Of a stretch of DNA of 64,000 nt, positions 1-13,784 are shown piece by piece; the stretch's first letter is position 1; the number at the start of each line of letters is the position of its first letter. The position numbers and the translations under genes were made by a program. This stretch comes from Longimicrobiales bacterium (lineage in GTDB: Bacteria > Gemmatimonadota > Gemmatimonadetes > Longimicrobiales > Gaopeijiaceae): contig CBDCNQ010000001.1 in NCBI GenBank assembly GCA_965219445.1, positions 192,001 to 256,000 on the forward strand, read 5' to 3'. Under the pieces are notes generated by a model, which did no database searches, was not told the DNA's origin, and saw only the letters and a list, made by a program, of their open reading frames with translations.

Positions 1-572
1 ACTCGGTCGCGCTCGACCCGCATAAGGGGTTGTTTCTGCCGTACGGCAGCGGATCACTGCTTGTGCGTGATCCCGAGGCGCTGCGGCGGGCGCACACGAC
101 CTTCGCCGACTACATGCCGGAGATGCAGCAGGACGTCGACCTCGTCGACTTCTGTCAGATATCGCCCGAGCTGTCCCGGGACTTCAGGGGACTGCGAGCG
201 TGGCTTCCCATCAAGCTCTTCGGAATCGATGCCTTTCGCTCGAGCCTCGATGAAAAGCTCGATCTCGCGCGGTGGGCTACCGACCAGCTCAGAGAGGTAC
301 CGGGCATGGAGATCCTCGCGGAGCCCCAGCTCTCCCTCACTGCCTTCCGTTGGGCTCCTGCAGGCTACTCCGAAGACGGACTGAACGACCTGAACCGCGA
401 CCTGCTCACTTGCGTCAACGCTCGACAGAACGTCTACCTCACCGGCACGATGCTTCGGGACCGGTACGCCCTTCGGATCTGCGTGCTCTCATTCCGGACG
501 CACCGCGACCGCATGGAACAGTGTGTCGTCGACATTCGGGAGTGCATGGAGGAGCTGACCAGGGCGGAATAG
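1..572 (+). CDS. PLP-dependent (group II, aromatic amino acid type) decarboxylase, 5'-partial
   Basis: Frame runs in from the window edge with SVALDPHKGLFLPY (PLP lysine); C-terminal SR.FRGLRAWL and ALRICVLSFRT. Confidence 0.85.
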   Translation, partial: SVALDPHKGLFLPYGSGSLLVRDPEALRRAHTTFADYMPEMQQDVDLVDFCQISPELSRDFRGLRAWLPIKLFGIDAFRSSLDEKLDLARWATDQLREVPGMEILAEPQLSLTAFRWAPAGYSEDGLNDLNRDLLTCVNARQNVYLTGTMLRDRYALRICVLSFRTHRDRMEQCVVDIRECMEELTRAE

Positions 573-1133
573 CGACTCCCACTACGCGTCTAGTGGCTCC
601 ACTTCGAAGCTCACCCTCCGTGCATCGAACGCCATGCGGCCACCGATGTGCCTGGAGTTGTCGATGGACTCGGGGTACCCCCGAGGTTGGGTCAATAGGT
701 GTGTAAACGTATCAGGCGGTATTCTTCCGCTGTTGGGTTGAGACCTCTTTTATATATATGTAGCAGTATGGCTAGTAGTGGTGGGTGGCCGAAGGAGTGG
801 AAGGACGAAGTAGCCAGGCGGGGCGGATCATCGTCACAGCAGTGTAACCTACAGTTTGTGAGTTGCACCGGCCAGGCAGTCAGCCTATTGCTGGATCAGC
901 TATCGGCAGGGCTCGAAGAGGTTCGAACGGACGGAGGTCGGGCCTGGACTTGTTTCGTATGCATGTGCGGGAGCAGCAGATACGTGAGTTGGGGCGGACA
1001 CGTTGCTGCGCGGGCGTGTTCCGGGCGGCAGCTGGATTCCAAGTATATGGCGCGCCGCACCGATGGCCTACTTGTTGAGCAGGGGGAGTAGCGGTGGAAG
1101 GCGAAAGCGCCTAGGGGCGGATGCAGCTACACG

Positions 1134-1216
1134 TTTGGGGCAACTCTGGGGGCACAATATAGATACCCCGAGCAGATGAGCTTTTAACCACAACGACTTA
1201 CGGTCTCTTTATATAG
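1134..1216. promoter_or_regulatory. att-like junction A (arm-type repeats plus IHF-like site)
   Basis: ttggggca/tgggggca direct repeat with 12-bp period (1135-1154); ccacaacgactta IHF-like site (1188-1200); AT-rich stretch that truncates the adjacent ORF. Confidence 0.5.
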
Positions 1217-1449
1217 GCGAGATCGACGCGCCGCCCGAGGTCGGCGAGCCCGGCGGCGCGTGCGACGGCGTAGAGGGCGGCCGCAACGGCTGCGAGTGCG
1301 AGCGCCAGGTGGAGGGCGAGCAAGACGCCGTGTTCGGCGAGGAGGAGCGGCCAATACGGCGCGAGGTATTCGAGGCGCGGCCCGGCGAGAAGGATGGCCG
1401 ACCCCGCGATGGCGGCGGTGAGACCGGCGCTGATCTTCCAGGGTTGCAT
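1198..1449 (-). pseudogene. Small membrane protein of a plasmid/ICE fragment, 3'-truncated near 1217
   Basis: Hydrophobic helices with GC-rich codons ending abruptly in the AT-rich junction (RVDLA|YIKRP). Confidence 0.5.
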
Positions 1450-1467
1450 GGCGGGCCTCTCCCGTAG

Positions 1468-2370
1468 TCAGAGTTCGACTGCGGCCGGATCGCGGTCGGC
1501 GGGTCCCCGGAGCGAGGAGCCGTCGCCGCCGCCGCCCAGGCCGAGCGTGCGCAGCAGCCGCGCCGCGGCCGGTCCGTTGGCGTGTAGCGCGAACCCGGCC
1601 GCCGCTTTCGCCTTGATGGCCCCTTCGCGGTAGTTGCCGGAAGCGACCTCGATGTTGACGCGTCCAGCTCGCCCCTCAGAGTCGGTGTACTCGATCTGGG
1701 CGTCCGGATAGAGCACGTGCCCTTCGTCGTCGAGGGGGAGTCCGAGTTCGCCGGCGGTGCGGTGCCGTTCGGCATCGGCGGCCCGCTTGCCGTCCTTCAG
1801 CCGCGCCGCCTCGCTCCCGCGCGCGACGGCGCTCTTGAGTTCGGTGTCGAGCCGGATGCGCCGCACTGCTGCGCCCCGGTCGAGCAGGCGCTGCTTCTCC
1901 TTCATGCAGGCGCGGTAGACGGCGGTGTCGTGCGCGGCCTCGGCAGGCCGGGTGCGTGCGAACCGGATTTCCTGGCTGGGATCCATTCCCCGTTCGGCGG
2001 CCCGCTTCCGGGCCTCGGCCACGCCGCTGCGGGTGAGGGTCAGGACCTTGAACGGGTTGCCCCCGGGTCCGGTGGCCGTGGTCTCGGTGACGAGCCCTTC
2101 GCGGACCCAGGCGTTCACGGCCCGCCGGGTGGTGTAGGGATGTCCGCCGAAGCGGGCCTCGGCCAGATCGCGGTACGAGACGGCGCCGTAGACGCCGATG
2201 TCGGCGAGCGCCCCACGGCACCGTTCGGGGAAGGAGGTGGACCCGCGGTCCCTGCTCGCGGCGTATTCTCGGCGGTGGCCGTCCCGCATGCTGTAGCGAT
2301 TGCGGCTGGGTGGCGCGGCGGTCCGCGGGTCCGGTTCGACCGTGCGGTCGAACATCTCCTGGCTCCTCAC
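1468..2370 (-). CDS. wHTH plus PD-(D/E)xK protein, replication-relaxation (Replic_Relax)-like
   Basis: N-terminal wHTH-like region, AAHDTAVY, and YPDAQIEY...VNIEVASGNY nuclease-fold motif; plasmid context. Confidence 0.55.
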   Translation of the reverse strand: MRSQEMFDRTVEPDPRTAAPPSRNRYSMRDGHRREYAASRDRGSTSFPERCRGALADIGVYGAVSYRDLAEARFGGHPYTTRRAVNAWVREGLVTETTATGPGGNPFKVLTLTRSGVAEARKRAAERGMDPSQEIRFARTRPAEAAHDTAVYRACMKEKQRLLDRGAAVRRIRLDTELKSAVARGSEAARLKDGKRAADAERHRTAGELGLPLDDEGHVLYPDAQIEYTDSEGRAGRVNIEVASGNYREGAIKAKAAAGFALHANGPAAARLLRTLGLGGGGDGSSLRGPADRDPAAVEL

Positions 2371-2376
2371 CGACCG

Positions 2377-2667
2377 TCAGCGGCGCGGCCCGAAGGTCCG
2401 CTGCGGCACGGGGAGCGGCGGCACGGGATGGACGATTCGCCCCGGCGCGGGCGCGCGGGTCGCGGCCACGGCCGCGGGTTCGCGCGCGGCCTCGCGCTCG
2501 CGGTGCCGCGAGAGCACGAAGTCGGAGATCTTCTGCGAGTCGGCGGCGGCGCGGCGGATCTCGCGGGGGTCCTCCTCGAGTGCGGCGATCCAGCCCTCGA
2601 CGTACGCGGCGCCCCGGCTCGGGTCATGGCCGACGCCCACGCGCTCGCCCGTCATCATGGCACTGAC
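2377..2667 (-). pseudogene. ardC: C-terminal fragment of ArdC-like antirestriction protein
   Basis: AAYVEGWIAALEEDPREIRRAAADSQKISDFVL resembles the ArdC C-terminus; 5' part replaced by an AT-rich junction. Confidence 0.7.
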
Positions 2668-2750
2668 GACTGCTAAACATCTATAAATACCTGATATTAA
2701 AAGACTTACTGCTTGTTGATCAGAGGTGATTCCCTCATTATATCCCTCTT
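2668..2750. promoter_or_regulatory. att-like junction B
   Basis: AT-rich; IHF-like attaaaagactta (2696-2708); ttccctc/atccctc repeat with 12-bp period (2730-2748); truncates ardC. Confidence 0.5.
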
Positions 2751-2879
2751 TATGAACGGGAATCCATCCGACCGTATGAGAAGTCCGTGGTGTCCGTGGA
2801 CGAGTTCTGAGTGATCAACCGAGGCCGCGCGGCCGGGCGTGAGATCGGTATGTTCCAATCCGCGCTGGCCGATCCGGTG

Positions 2880-6025
<3,146 letters not shown>

Positions 6026-6029
<4 letters not shown>

Positions 6030-7354
6030 GTAACGGACTCCAATGCCATCTCGGCATCGCCTACGCGGATCTCACCCGAAATGAGCTTGGGGAGCAGCGT
6101 GTCGCGGAGGGCGGCGAGGGTGCGGGATTCCCGACCTGCCCTGCTGGCTCGCTCGAAAAGCAACCTAGCGGCGTCGCCGAACTGTTCCGCGAGCTGCACT
6201 GGAGGAGCGACCATCAAGAACCCTTCCAGTGCGGCTACCGGCACTCGCTGGCGGCCGCTCGTCCCGCTCATATTCTGGATTGCGAACTCCCGGAATTTGG
6301 CGCTACGTGCAAGGCAGTAGGCGAATTGATCGGGAAGAGGCGGCTTCGGCTTCAGGACAATGTATTCCGTAGAGCCCCATCCAACCTCGTTGTCCCGCAG
6401 GAAATCGACATAGGCTGTCTTGCCGTTCTCAAGGCATGGTGTGATTCGAGCGACGAGCGTATCGCCATTGGTGAAGCGCATCCCGGATCCGAACCGTCGA
6501 ACAGCAACGGAATCTGGCATGTGCCCCCGGGTCGGCATGTTGGCCATCGGGAGATACGGAGCGACTTGTCCTCTTCGTAGAGATCTTGTCGGGTTGACCT
6601 CCGTTAGCTCCCTCAACGGTTCTACCGTCCACCCTTCCGGCATCTCGCCCATCTCCGAATCGACCAGCCGGTCGGGGAACAGGTCGGCGAGATGGTCGGG
6701 CAATCCCGTATGACGGCCTTCCATCTTCGCCCGGACGGGATCGAAATCGACGAACCAAGACTTGAACAACGCCCGCGCCATCGCCTCCAGCGTCTCGTTC
6801 ATCCGCCGGTTCAGTTCGATCTTGTCGTCCAGTGTACCGAGGATGTAGGCGATGGCACGCTGATCAGCGAGCGGTGGTAGGACGATTGGCAAACGTTCGA
6901 TAGTGCTCTGATTGAGAGAGGCCATCGTCGTGCCAGTAGCGTGCTGAAGTAGCCAGGAGCGTGCCTCGTGACCCTGGAGCTGATATGCGATGAAGCGAGC
7001 GTCGCATGTGCTCGGTAAGCGGAGCCGAATACCGTCAGACCCGAGGAACCAGCCAGCCTGTTCCGGCTTGACCATCGCCAGACGGTCGACAGCACCCTTG
7101 CGCCCGAAGACGATGTCACCTGCTTGAAGCACGTATTCCGGCAGGCGCTCAACAACCTCAGGTGGGGCTCTGGGCGTCGATTCCTTAATGCGTAGCGCCC
7201 CGTAGCCGATCTCACCGACGGAGATTAGAGGAACGCCCTCCTTGGAGTATTCCTTGGCCTTCAGCGTCGTACCAAACGGCCCCGTCTTGACGTTCCCGCC
7301 ATCGCGAGCAAGCAGTGCGCCGATCGTCGTCTCTCCCAAGCAATTAGTTGCCAT
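6026..7354 (-). CDS. hsdS: Type I RM specificity subunit S
   Basis: Two TRDs with conserved [23 protein letters not shown] and [20 protein letters not shown] 7354 overlaps the hsdM stop. Confidence 0.95.
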
Positions 7355-8888
7355 ACCCAAGCGCCTTGAGGTTCGCTTCGATGGCCGCATCGAGCCGTGC
7401 ACCTTCGGCCTGCTGCCTGCGAAGCTTGCCGACCAGCCGCTTCATCTTGTCCTCGAACGGCTCGCCGTCTTCCTTTTGGGGCTCCACACCGACATAGCGG
7501 CCTGGCGTCAGCACATAGCCGTGCTTGCGCACCTCGTCCAGCGCGACATTCTTGCAGAAGCCGGGAACGTCGGCGTAGTCCTCGTCATCCTCGCCGGTGC
7601 GCCAGGCATGGTAGGTGTCTGCAATGCGGGCAATGTCCTCGTCGGCTAGCTCGCGATGCGTCCGGTCCACCATCGGACCGAGCTTCCGAGCATCGACGAA
7701 TAGGATCTCGCCCTTCCGCCGTCGTCCACGTGCCAGAAACCACAGGCAGGCGGGAATCTGAGTCGAATAGAAGAGCTGGCCCGGCAAGGCCACCATGCAG
7801 TCCACGAGCTCCGCTTCGATCAGGTTCTTCCGGATCTCGCCCTCGCCCGACTGATTCGACGACATGGACCCGTTGGCAAGCACGAACCCCGCCACGCCTT
7901 TCGGCGCAAGGCGGTGGAGCATATGCTGCACCCAAGCAAAGTTGGCGTTGCCCTTCGGTGGGATGCCGTAGCGCCAGCGCTTGTCGTCGACCAGCCGGTC
8001 GCCGCCCCAGTCCGAGACGTTGAAGGGGGGATTGGCGAGGATGAAATCGGCCTTCAGGTCCGGATGGCAGTCGTTGTGGAAGCTGTCGCCATGGGCGATC
8101 TGCCCCCCGATTCCGCGAATGGCCAAGTTCATCTTCGCGAGGCGCCACGTCGTGTAGTTCGACTCCTGGCCGTAGATCGAGATGTCACCGCGCGCTTTGC
8201 TAGCGTTGCCGTTGGCGTGGGCGCGAATGAAGGCGACCGACTGCACGAACATGCCCGAGGATCCGCAGCAGGGATCGTAGACCCGCCCCCGGTAGGGCTC
8301 CAGCATCTCAACCAGCAGCTTGACGACGCAGCGCGGGGTGTAGAACTCGCCGCCCTTCTTACCCTCGGCACTGGCGAACTGTGAGAGGAAGTACTCGTAC
8401 ACGCGGCCGAGCACGTCTCGGGAGCGGGCGTCGGCGTCCCCGACGCGGATGTTTCCGATCATGTCGATCAACTGGCCGAGACGCTGCTTGTCTAGGGCAG
8501 GCCGCGCGTAGTCCTTGGGCAGCACCTCCTTCAGCACCGGGTTGTCGTGCTCGATCGCGGCCATGGCGCGATCGACGGTCTGGCCGATGGTCGACTGCCT
8601 CGCCTGGGCCTTCAGGTGTGGCCAGCGGGCCTCCGGCGGCACCCAGAAGATGCTTTCTGCGATGTATTCGTCGCGATCCTCCGCGGCGTCCTCGCCCCAC
8701 TCAGAAAGCACCGCCGCATGACGCTCCTTGAAGGCGTCCGAGATGTACTTCAGGAAGACGAGGCCGAGCACTACATGCTTGTATTCGGCCGCATCCATCG
8801 AGCCACGGAGCGTATCGGCCATCGCCCACAGCTCGGCCTCATACCCTGTCGTTGCCCCACTATCGGCACGCGTACTCACTGTCTTCAT
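7344..8888 (-). CDS. hsdM: Type I RM N6-adenine methyltransferase subunit M
   Basis: [18 protein letters not shown] and ANPPFN motifs. Confidence 0.97.
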   Translation of the reverse strand: MKTVSTRADSGATTGYEAELWAMADTLRGSMDAAEYKHVVLGLVFLKYISDAFKERHAAVLSEWGEDAAEDRDEYIAESIFWVPPEARWPHLKAQARQSTIGQTVDRAMAAIEHDNPVLKEVLPKDYARPALDKQRLGQLIDMIGNIRVGDADARSRDVLGRVYEYFLSQFASAEGKKGGEFYTPRCVVKLLVEMLEPYRGRVYDPCCGSSGMFVQSVAFIRAHANGNASKARGDISIYGQESNYTTWRLAKMNLAIRGIGGQIAHGDSFHNDCHPDLKADFILANPPFNVSDWGGDRLVDDKRWRYGIPPKGNANFAWVQHMLHRLAPKGVAGFVLANGSMSSNQSGEGEIRKNLIEAELVDCMVALPGQLFYSTQIPACLWFLARGRRRKGEILFVDARKLGPMVDRTHRELADEDIARIADTYHAWRTGEDDEDYADVPGFCKNVALDEVRKHGYVLTPGRYVGVEPQKEDGEPFEDKMKRLVGKLRRQQAEGARLDAAIEANLKALGYGN

Positions 8889-9446
8889 TGGCTCTCGTCG
8901 GTTTCCCTAGTGCCATGTTGCGGTGCTCCGGATATCGACACGGTTGGGCCGCTCGCCTCCGGTCCTGTTGGCATGTTTATCGATCCGGCCAACCTGCTAG
9001 GTCGACGGCAGGCAAGATACGACAAGTGTCGTGCCGGCGTATAGCTCGTCGATGCAGTTGCTATCTCGAGAGGTGCCCGATCCGCAATGGACCGACGTGC
9101 CCACAGAACAGCAGGGATCCGAAACAGCCGTCGGAGGCCCGTCCGTCGCCGAGGCTTCGCGTTTCGTGCTCGACTAGGATGCGGGGTGTGTCACGGGGCA
9201 TGAACTGTCCCGGAACAGAACCCACCGCGACCGACTGTGACTGTGGCTTTCCGCATGCTCTCTGGGAGCAGATCGGGCGTCCGTTGGCGGAGCCCGGTCC
9301 GCCTCTGGTACGTCGCTGGAACACCTGGGACATCGCCTTTTTGCCCGTTGTTGACACCGCATAAGGCGGGCTCCTCAATATACGGGTATGGCGATTCTGA
9401 CGGCCCAGGCTTCCGAGCGTCGGCGGGCGAGTTTGGCCGCTACGGC

Positions 9447-9530
9447 GGGAGAGCCAGCCTACCCTTTGGGGCCACGCTTCGCGGGTCCCCGGCAGGGGCT
9501 GGCGGGGGGCTGTGCCCCCTCTGACCCCCC
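9447..9530 (-). promoter_or_regulatory. ColE1-like origin of transfer (oriT)
   Basis: Minus strand GGGGGCACAGCCCCC hairpin followed by GGGTAGGCTGG^CTC, similar to the ColE1 nic region GTGTATACTGG^CTT; directly upstream of mobC. Confidence 0.6.
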
Positions 9531-9545
9531 CAACGGCAACGGCAC

Positions 9546-9887
9546 ATGAGGGGCGCTGGACGCGACGTGTGGGTGAAGATCCGCGCCAGCGAGGCGGAGC
9601 GTGCCGAGTGGCACGCGAAGGCGCGCTCCGCAGGGTTGACGCTGTCGGATCTGGTGCGCCGGTCGGTGGGCCGGGTGCGCCCCTGGACCGTGGCGCATGC
9701 CGAGGTGGAGCGAGAGCGCACCCGCGAGCTGGCGCGGATCGGGGCGAACCTGAACCAGATCGCCCGCTGGGCCAATACCTTCAAAGCGAACGCCGAGGCC
9801 GTCGAGATCGTCGCCCACCTGGTCGCCATCGAGCGGCCGCTTAGGACACTGGCCCCCGTCGTCCGCCCCGACGCCGATGCACATTAA
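9546..9887 (+). CDS. mobC: Mobilisation accessory protein MobC/MbeC (ribbon-helix-helix)
   Basis: KARSAGLTLSDLVR and RELARIGANLNQIARWAN motifs. Confidence 0.9.
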   Translation: MRGAGRDVWVKIRASEAERAEWHAKARSAGLTLSDLVRRSVGRVRPWTVAHAEVERERTRELARIGANLNQIARWANTFKANAEAVEIVAHLVAIERPLRTLAPVVRPDADAH

Positions 9888-10616
9888 GTTCTTGGCCCGC
9901 GGAACGGGCTCGGCCCGGGAGGCGGCCGATTACCTCCTCGGGGCGCGGGACGCGGACGGGGCAACTGCGCGAGGGCGTGGAGGTCCTCCGGGGGGATCCC
10001 CATCGGGTGGCCGCGGTGGCCGACGCGCTGGCGTTCGAGCACAAGTACACCTCGGGCGTGATCGCCTGGGCACCGGACGACACTCCCACTGACGTGCAGA
10101 TCGGCGCGGTCATCGATGCCTTCGAACAGACGGCCTGGGCGGGGCTCGAGCCCGACCGCTACGCCTGGGCGGCCGTGGTGCATCGGGAGCGCGACGGAGG
10201 CGTTCACGTGCATGTCCTCGCCGCGCGATGCGACCTGGAGACCGGCCGGAGCCTCAACATCGCGCCGCCGGGCTGGCAGAAGACATTCGACCCGCTCCGC
10301 GACGCCTTCAACGCCGAGGAGGGCTGGAGCCGGCCGGATGACCCGGCGCGGGCGCGCGTGCAGCAACCCGGGCACCGCGCCTACGTCGAGGCGGCGCACC
10401 TGCGAGCCGGCCTCGCGCTCGAGCCCGCCCCCCGCGACCTGATCCGCGACTACCTGCTCCAGCGTGTCGAGCACGGCACGGTACGGAATAGGGCCGATAT
10501 CGTCGCCGCCCTGCGGGAGGCGGGCCTGGAGGTGCCGCGCCAGGGCCAGGACTACCTGACGGCCCTGGATCCCACGACGGGGGACCGGTGGCGTCTGAAA
10601 GGAGAGGTGTACGCAC

Positions 10617-11111
10617 ATGACTTCAAACGCGAACGACTTGACCGAGCGATTGCGCAGACGGCTGGAGAGCGAACGCCAGGCGATCGAGGAATTGACCGCG
10701 AGCGAGCTCGAGCGGCTCGGCGCGAACTCCAGGCGCGTTGCGAGCAACGCGCTACGTACCATCGAACGCGATACGGCGGTGGCGACCGGGCGGATGCGCG
10801 CGCTCCTGCTCAAGGCCTGGCTCCGGCCCCTGGTAGTCGGCCTGAGCCTCTGGCTCGGCATCTGCGGCGGGAGCTGGGCGACGCTGCACTGGCTGTCGAC
10901 GCGCATCCAGGCCCGGATCGAGACGGCCGCCGCCCTCGACCTGGATATCGGGGAGGCACGCCAGACCCTGGCGCGGCTCGAGGCGACCACCTGGGGAATC
11001 GCGCTTCGGGAGATCGAGGGGGAGCGGTTCGTGGTGCTGCCGGCCGGCGCGCTCGCCTATCCGCCTTGGACCGTGGACACTCGGCCGGCCGTGAAGCTGT
11101 CGAACGAGTGA
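10617..11111 (+). CDS. mobB: MbeB-like mobilisation protein overprinted in mobA
   Basis: Coiled N-terminus and one TM segment; GGAGAGG RBS; position matches mbeB in ColE1. Confidence 0.7.
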   Translation: MTSNANDLTERLRRRLESERQAIEELTASELERLGANSRRVASNALRTIERDTAVATGRMRALLLKAWLRPLVVGLSLWLGICGGSWATLHWLSTRIQARIETAAALDLDIGEARQTLARLEATTWGIALREIEGERFVVLPAGALAYPPWTVDTRPAVKLSNE

Positions 11112-11120
11112 AGGAGCTCT

Positions 11121-11333
11121 ATGACCGCGTTAGAACAGCAGTTGACGAAGGCCTTGCGGGCGTTGTCCGCGCAGTACGAGCAGGCGCAGCAGCAGCACGC
11201 CACGCAGGTCGAAACCTTGCGGCGGCAGGTCGAAGCCTTGGAGCGGCAGGTCGCGCAGCTAAGCGGGCAAGCGACATACTTGGCCCGGGACTACAGGACG
11301 CTCGCCGAGAGGTTGAGCGGGCACTGGAGCTGA
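11121..11333 (+). CDS. mobD: MbeD-like protein overprinted in mobA
   Basis: MTALEQQLTKALRALSAQYE coiled coil like MbeD; AAGGAG RBS. Confidence 0.75.
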   Translation: MTALEQQLTKALRALSAQYEQAQQQHATQVETLRRQVEALERQVAQLSGQATYLARDYRTLAERLSGHWS

Positions 11334-11546
11334 TGCGCCAGCGGGGGCGAGAGCGCGATCATGGTCCGAGCCGCTAGTGGTTCTCGGCTGCGAATCGGCC
11401 GGCGCCCGAGGATCAGTGGAGGTCCTTCGGCGGATCGGCGCGGCCTCCTGGGGCCGGAGTCTCTCCGGCCAGGTAGGCGACCAGTCGTTTCATGAGCCGG
11501 CCCGGTCGCAGCTGGTTCCAAGACCCACCCGGTCGACGTCGTGTTC

Positions 11547-11825
11547 CTATGGTCTTTTGTTGAACCTGAGGAGGGTGATCCGCGGTTCGATAGCTGCTGA
11601 GTTGAGTACCTTGTGGGAAAAGGCAGGTGCGACCAGGATTCCTCGCACCTTGTCTGCGGGTACGCCGCTCGACTCCATGTTTCCCATGTAGGACGTCAGT
11701 TGTGTGTAATCCCCACGTCGTGCCTCGACGATCTTCAGCTCAATTGCGATGTGCTCGCCCGACCTGCCCCTTGCGAGCAGATCAACCCTGTCGCTGCTGC
11801 TTTCGCTCAGGCGCTTTTTCCCCAA
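11547..11825 (-). pseudogene. NucS/EndoMS-like PD-(D/E)xK endonuclease C-terminal fragment
   Basis: RVDLLA...IAIELK...QLTSYMG...VRGILVAP; in-frame stop just upstream and no clear start. Confidence 0.65.
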
Positions 11826-11840
11826 CCCGGAGGTGTCCCC

Positions 11841-12536
11841 ATGTCTGTCCTTGCGTTCTTAGCTCTTCTCGTGTCTCTGGCGGCCATAGTCCGCCCCATC
11901 CCTCGAATCGGACTCTCCACCAGGAAAAGGGCAGTAGCCTGTTCGTTCGTTTTTCTTTTTCTCGTCAGTATCTCGACAGGTCCAAATACGAACGACACCG
12001 ATGTGACCGTCGTGCAGCCAATCGCGCCTGTGGAAGCACCTGTGGAAGCCACGGATCCAGGCGATGTACTGACATCCGAAGATTTACTAGCGGGATCGGC
12101 GGAATACGTGATCCATGAAGTGGGCGACTTTTCGTTCGGGACGATCCGGTCACGGATATCAGCCGATGTGACTACACCGGAGACGGACCCTGCCCGAGTA
12201 GTAGAGGCGTTAATGCGTGCGGCCATGGAGATCCAACTGGGTGGAGACATGCCCGATGTTGTAGACGTGAGCTTGTGGGAAATATGGCCGCGTCCCGAAC
12301 CTCCATCCCAGGGAGAATTTGAGGAATGGGACGCGAAACAACGGGAAGACTATCTCAGGCAAAGCGTATCGATAAGATCGATAACTTACGCGCCTGATCG
12401 TTGCGGGTGGACGGGTGAAGTGTGTGACGGCACTCTCTGGGATGACGTGACGGCTCAAGAGATGCCCGCGTGGATGCTGAGGGCCTGCCCCCGCATAATG
12501 GAGAGGCCCTGCGGATGGTGGACGCCTCGGTGGTGA
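11841..12536 (+). CDS. Hypothetical membrane-anchored protein
   Basis: GGAGG RBS, two N-terminal hydrophobic segments, Cys-containing extracytoplasmic domain. Confidence 0.6.
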   Translation: MSVLAFLALLVSLAAIVRPIPRIGLSTRKRAVACSFVFLFLVSISTGPNTNDTDVTVVQPIAPVEAPVEATDPGDVLTSEDLLAGSAEYVIHEVGDFSFGTIRSRISADVTTPETDPARVVEALMRAAMEIQLGGDMPDVVDVSLWEIWPRPEPPSQGEFEEWDAKQREDYLRQSVSIRSITYAPDRCGWTGEVCDGTLWDDVTAQEMPAWMLRACPRIMERPCGWWTPRW

Positions 12537-12580
12537 CGGAGACTGGCGGGTGGTGGCGCGCCCGTTACGGTTCAGCGGAC

Positions 12581-12920
12581 CGCTCGTGCGGCGGTGGTTG
12601 GGGCGCGTGGGCGTCGAGACGCTCTTTATCGAGCCGGGCAGCCCGTGGGCGAACGGCTACAACGAGAGCTTCAACGGCAAGCTCAGGGACGAGCTGTTGA
12701 ACGGGGAGATCTTCTGCTCGTTGGCGGAGGCGGCCGTGCTGGTCCAGCAATGGAGGCGCGAGTGCAATACCGTCCGACCCCACAGCGCCTGCGGCGGCTT
12801 TCCCCCGGCCCCTGAGGCGATTAAGCCGTCGCCCTGGTTCCTGAGGATGCCCGTCCTTTACGGCCCTCCACAGGTGCTGGGACTAACATAGGATGTGGTA
12901 CCACTCTTGGGGGCAGGTCA
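12581..12920 (+). mobile_element. IS3-family 3' remnant with right inverted repeat
   Basis: [23 protein letters not shown]...RPHS; ends ...GGGGGCAGGTCA. Confidence 0.85.
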
Positions 12921-13036
12921 GGCTCAGGCGTTCCAGAAGCTTGTAGCGGGCGGGGTGAGCGTTACCGAGGCGCTGGCGACGGCCGGGCTCCTGGCCGACG
13001 AGGATGCGGCGTGAGCCGATGGCACCTAGGCGGGGA

Positions 13037-13471
13037 TTACCTACCCGCCTGCCACTCGCCGGTGAACGTGTAGTTCTGCCCAAGTATAGCCTCCTGGCAC
13101 GTAACGGAGCCCGTCATTTGGTTCGAGCCACTGACCGTACCAGTATACGAGCAGTTGGTCATCTGAAAACTGACATTGTTGCCATTCAGTTGCCCACCAA
13201 CAAGCTGAAAGGTTCCGGAGTTGTCGACAAACCCTCCTGGATTGTTACAGCTGCCCTCTTGGACGACATTGCCTGTGATGCTGGAGCCGGAATGCGTAAT
13301 AGTGGCCGTGCCAGTCCCGCTGCAGGACGTCGACAGTTCGGCATTCGAAAAGTTTCCTGAGAAAGTCCATGTCCCGGTCAGGTTGAGGGCTGGACCGTTG
13401 TCGGGCCCTGTAGAATCGCCGCCACCGCATCCGATCATCAAAAGGCAGAGCGAAAGAGCAATGCTTCTCAT
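13037..13471 (-). CDS. Putative beta-rich lipoprotein
   Basis: Signal peptide with lipobox-like MIGC; LTGTW motif; GAGGT RBS. Confidence 0.7.
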   Translation of the reverse strand: MRSIALSLCLLMIGCGGGDSTGPDNGPALNLTGTWTFSGNFSNAELSTSCSGTGTATITHSGSSITGNVVQEGSCNNPGGFVDNSGTFQLVGGQLNGNNVSFQMTNCSYTGTVSGSNQMTGSVTCQEAILGQNYTFTGEWQAGR

Positions 13472-13784
13472 GGACACCTCGAATATGTACCGTGCCAAGG
13501 AGCAACCTGTCGGAGGGGAGAAACTTTTCTAACTGGGAGGGCTGGCCCCGTAAAGGATTCCAAGAAAGGCCGCGGCTGGTACACAGAGTCATACATTAGC
13601 CAGCAGCCAGTCCTGTATCATATTGCAGGACAGGGAGTTAAGCTGTTTTCTAGACATGCCCCCCCGCGGTGTTCCATCCCAAGTGCCCGGATAGCTGAGG
13701 AAGCCCCATAGCGCCTCGCAGATGTCATCGGAGAAGGGCACACCCTTTGATCCCAGCTCTTTCTCTGCGGTCGAAGTTCTCATG

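Larger units (their letters stand above)
9877..11377 (+). pseudogene. mobA: MbeA/MobA-type (MOBP, ColE1-like) relaxase split by a +1 frameshift near 9954-9961
   Basis: MHIKFLARGTGS..AADYLLG (catalytic Tyr) in one frame; EVLRGDP..KYTSGVI..VVHRERDGGVHVH in the next frame. Confidence 0.85.

Noticed and set aside
573..1133. Possible ncRNA, tRNA or origin at the left island edge (hairpin ctcggggtacccccgag, tatatatatg tract)
   Set aside because: No recognisable RNA family or convincing ORF; would need an Rfam/Infernal search
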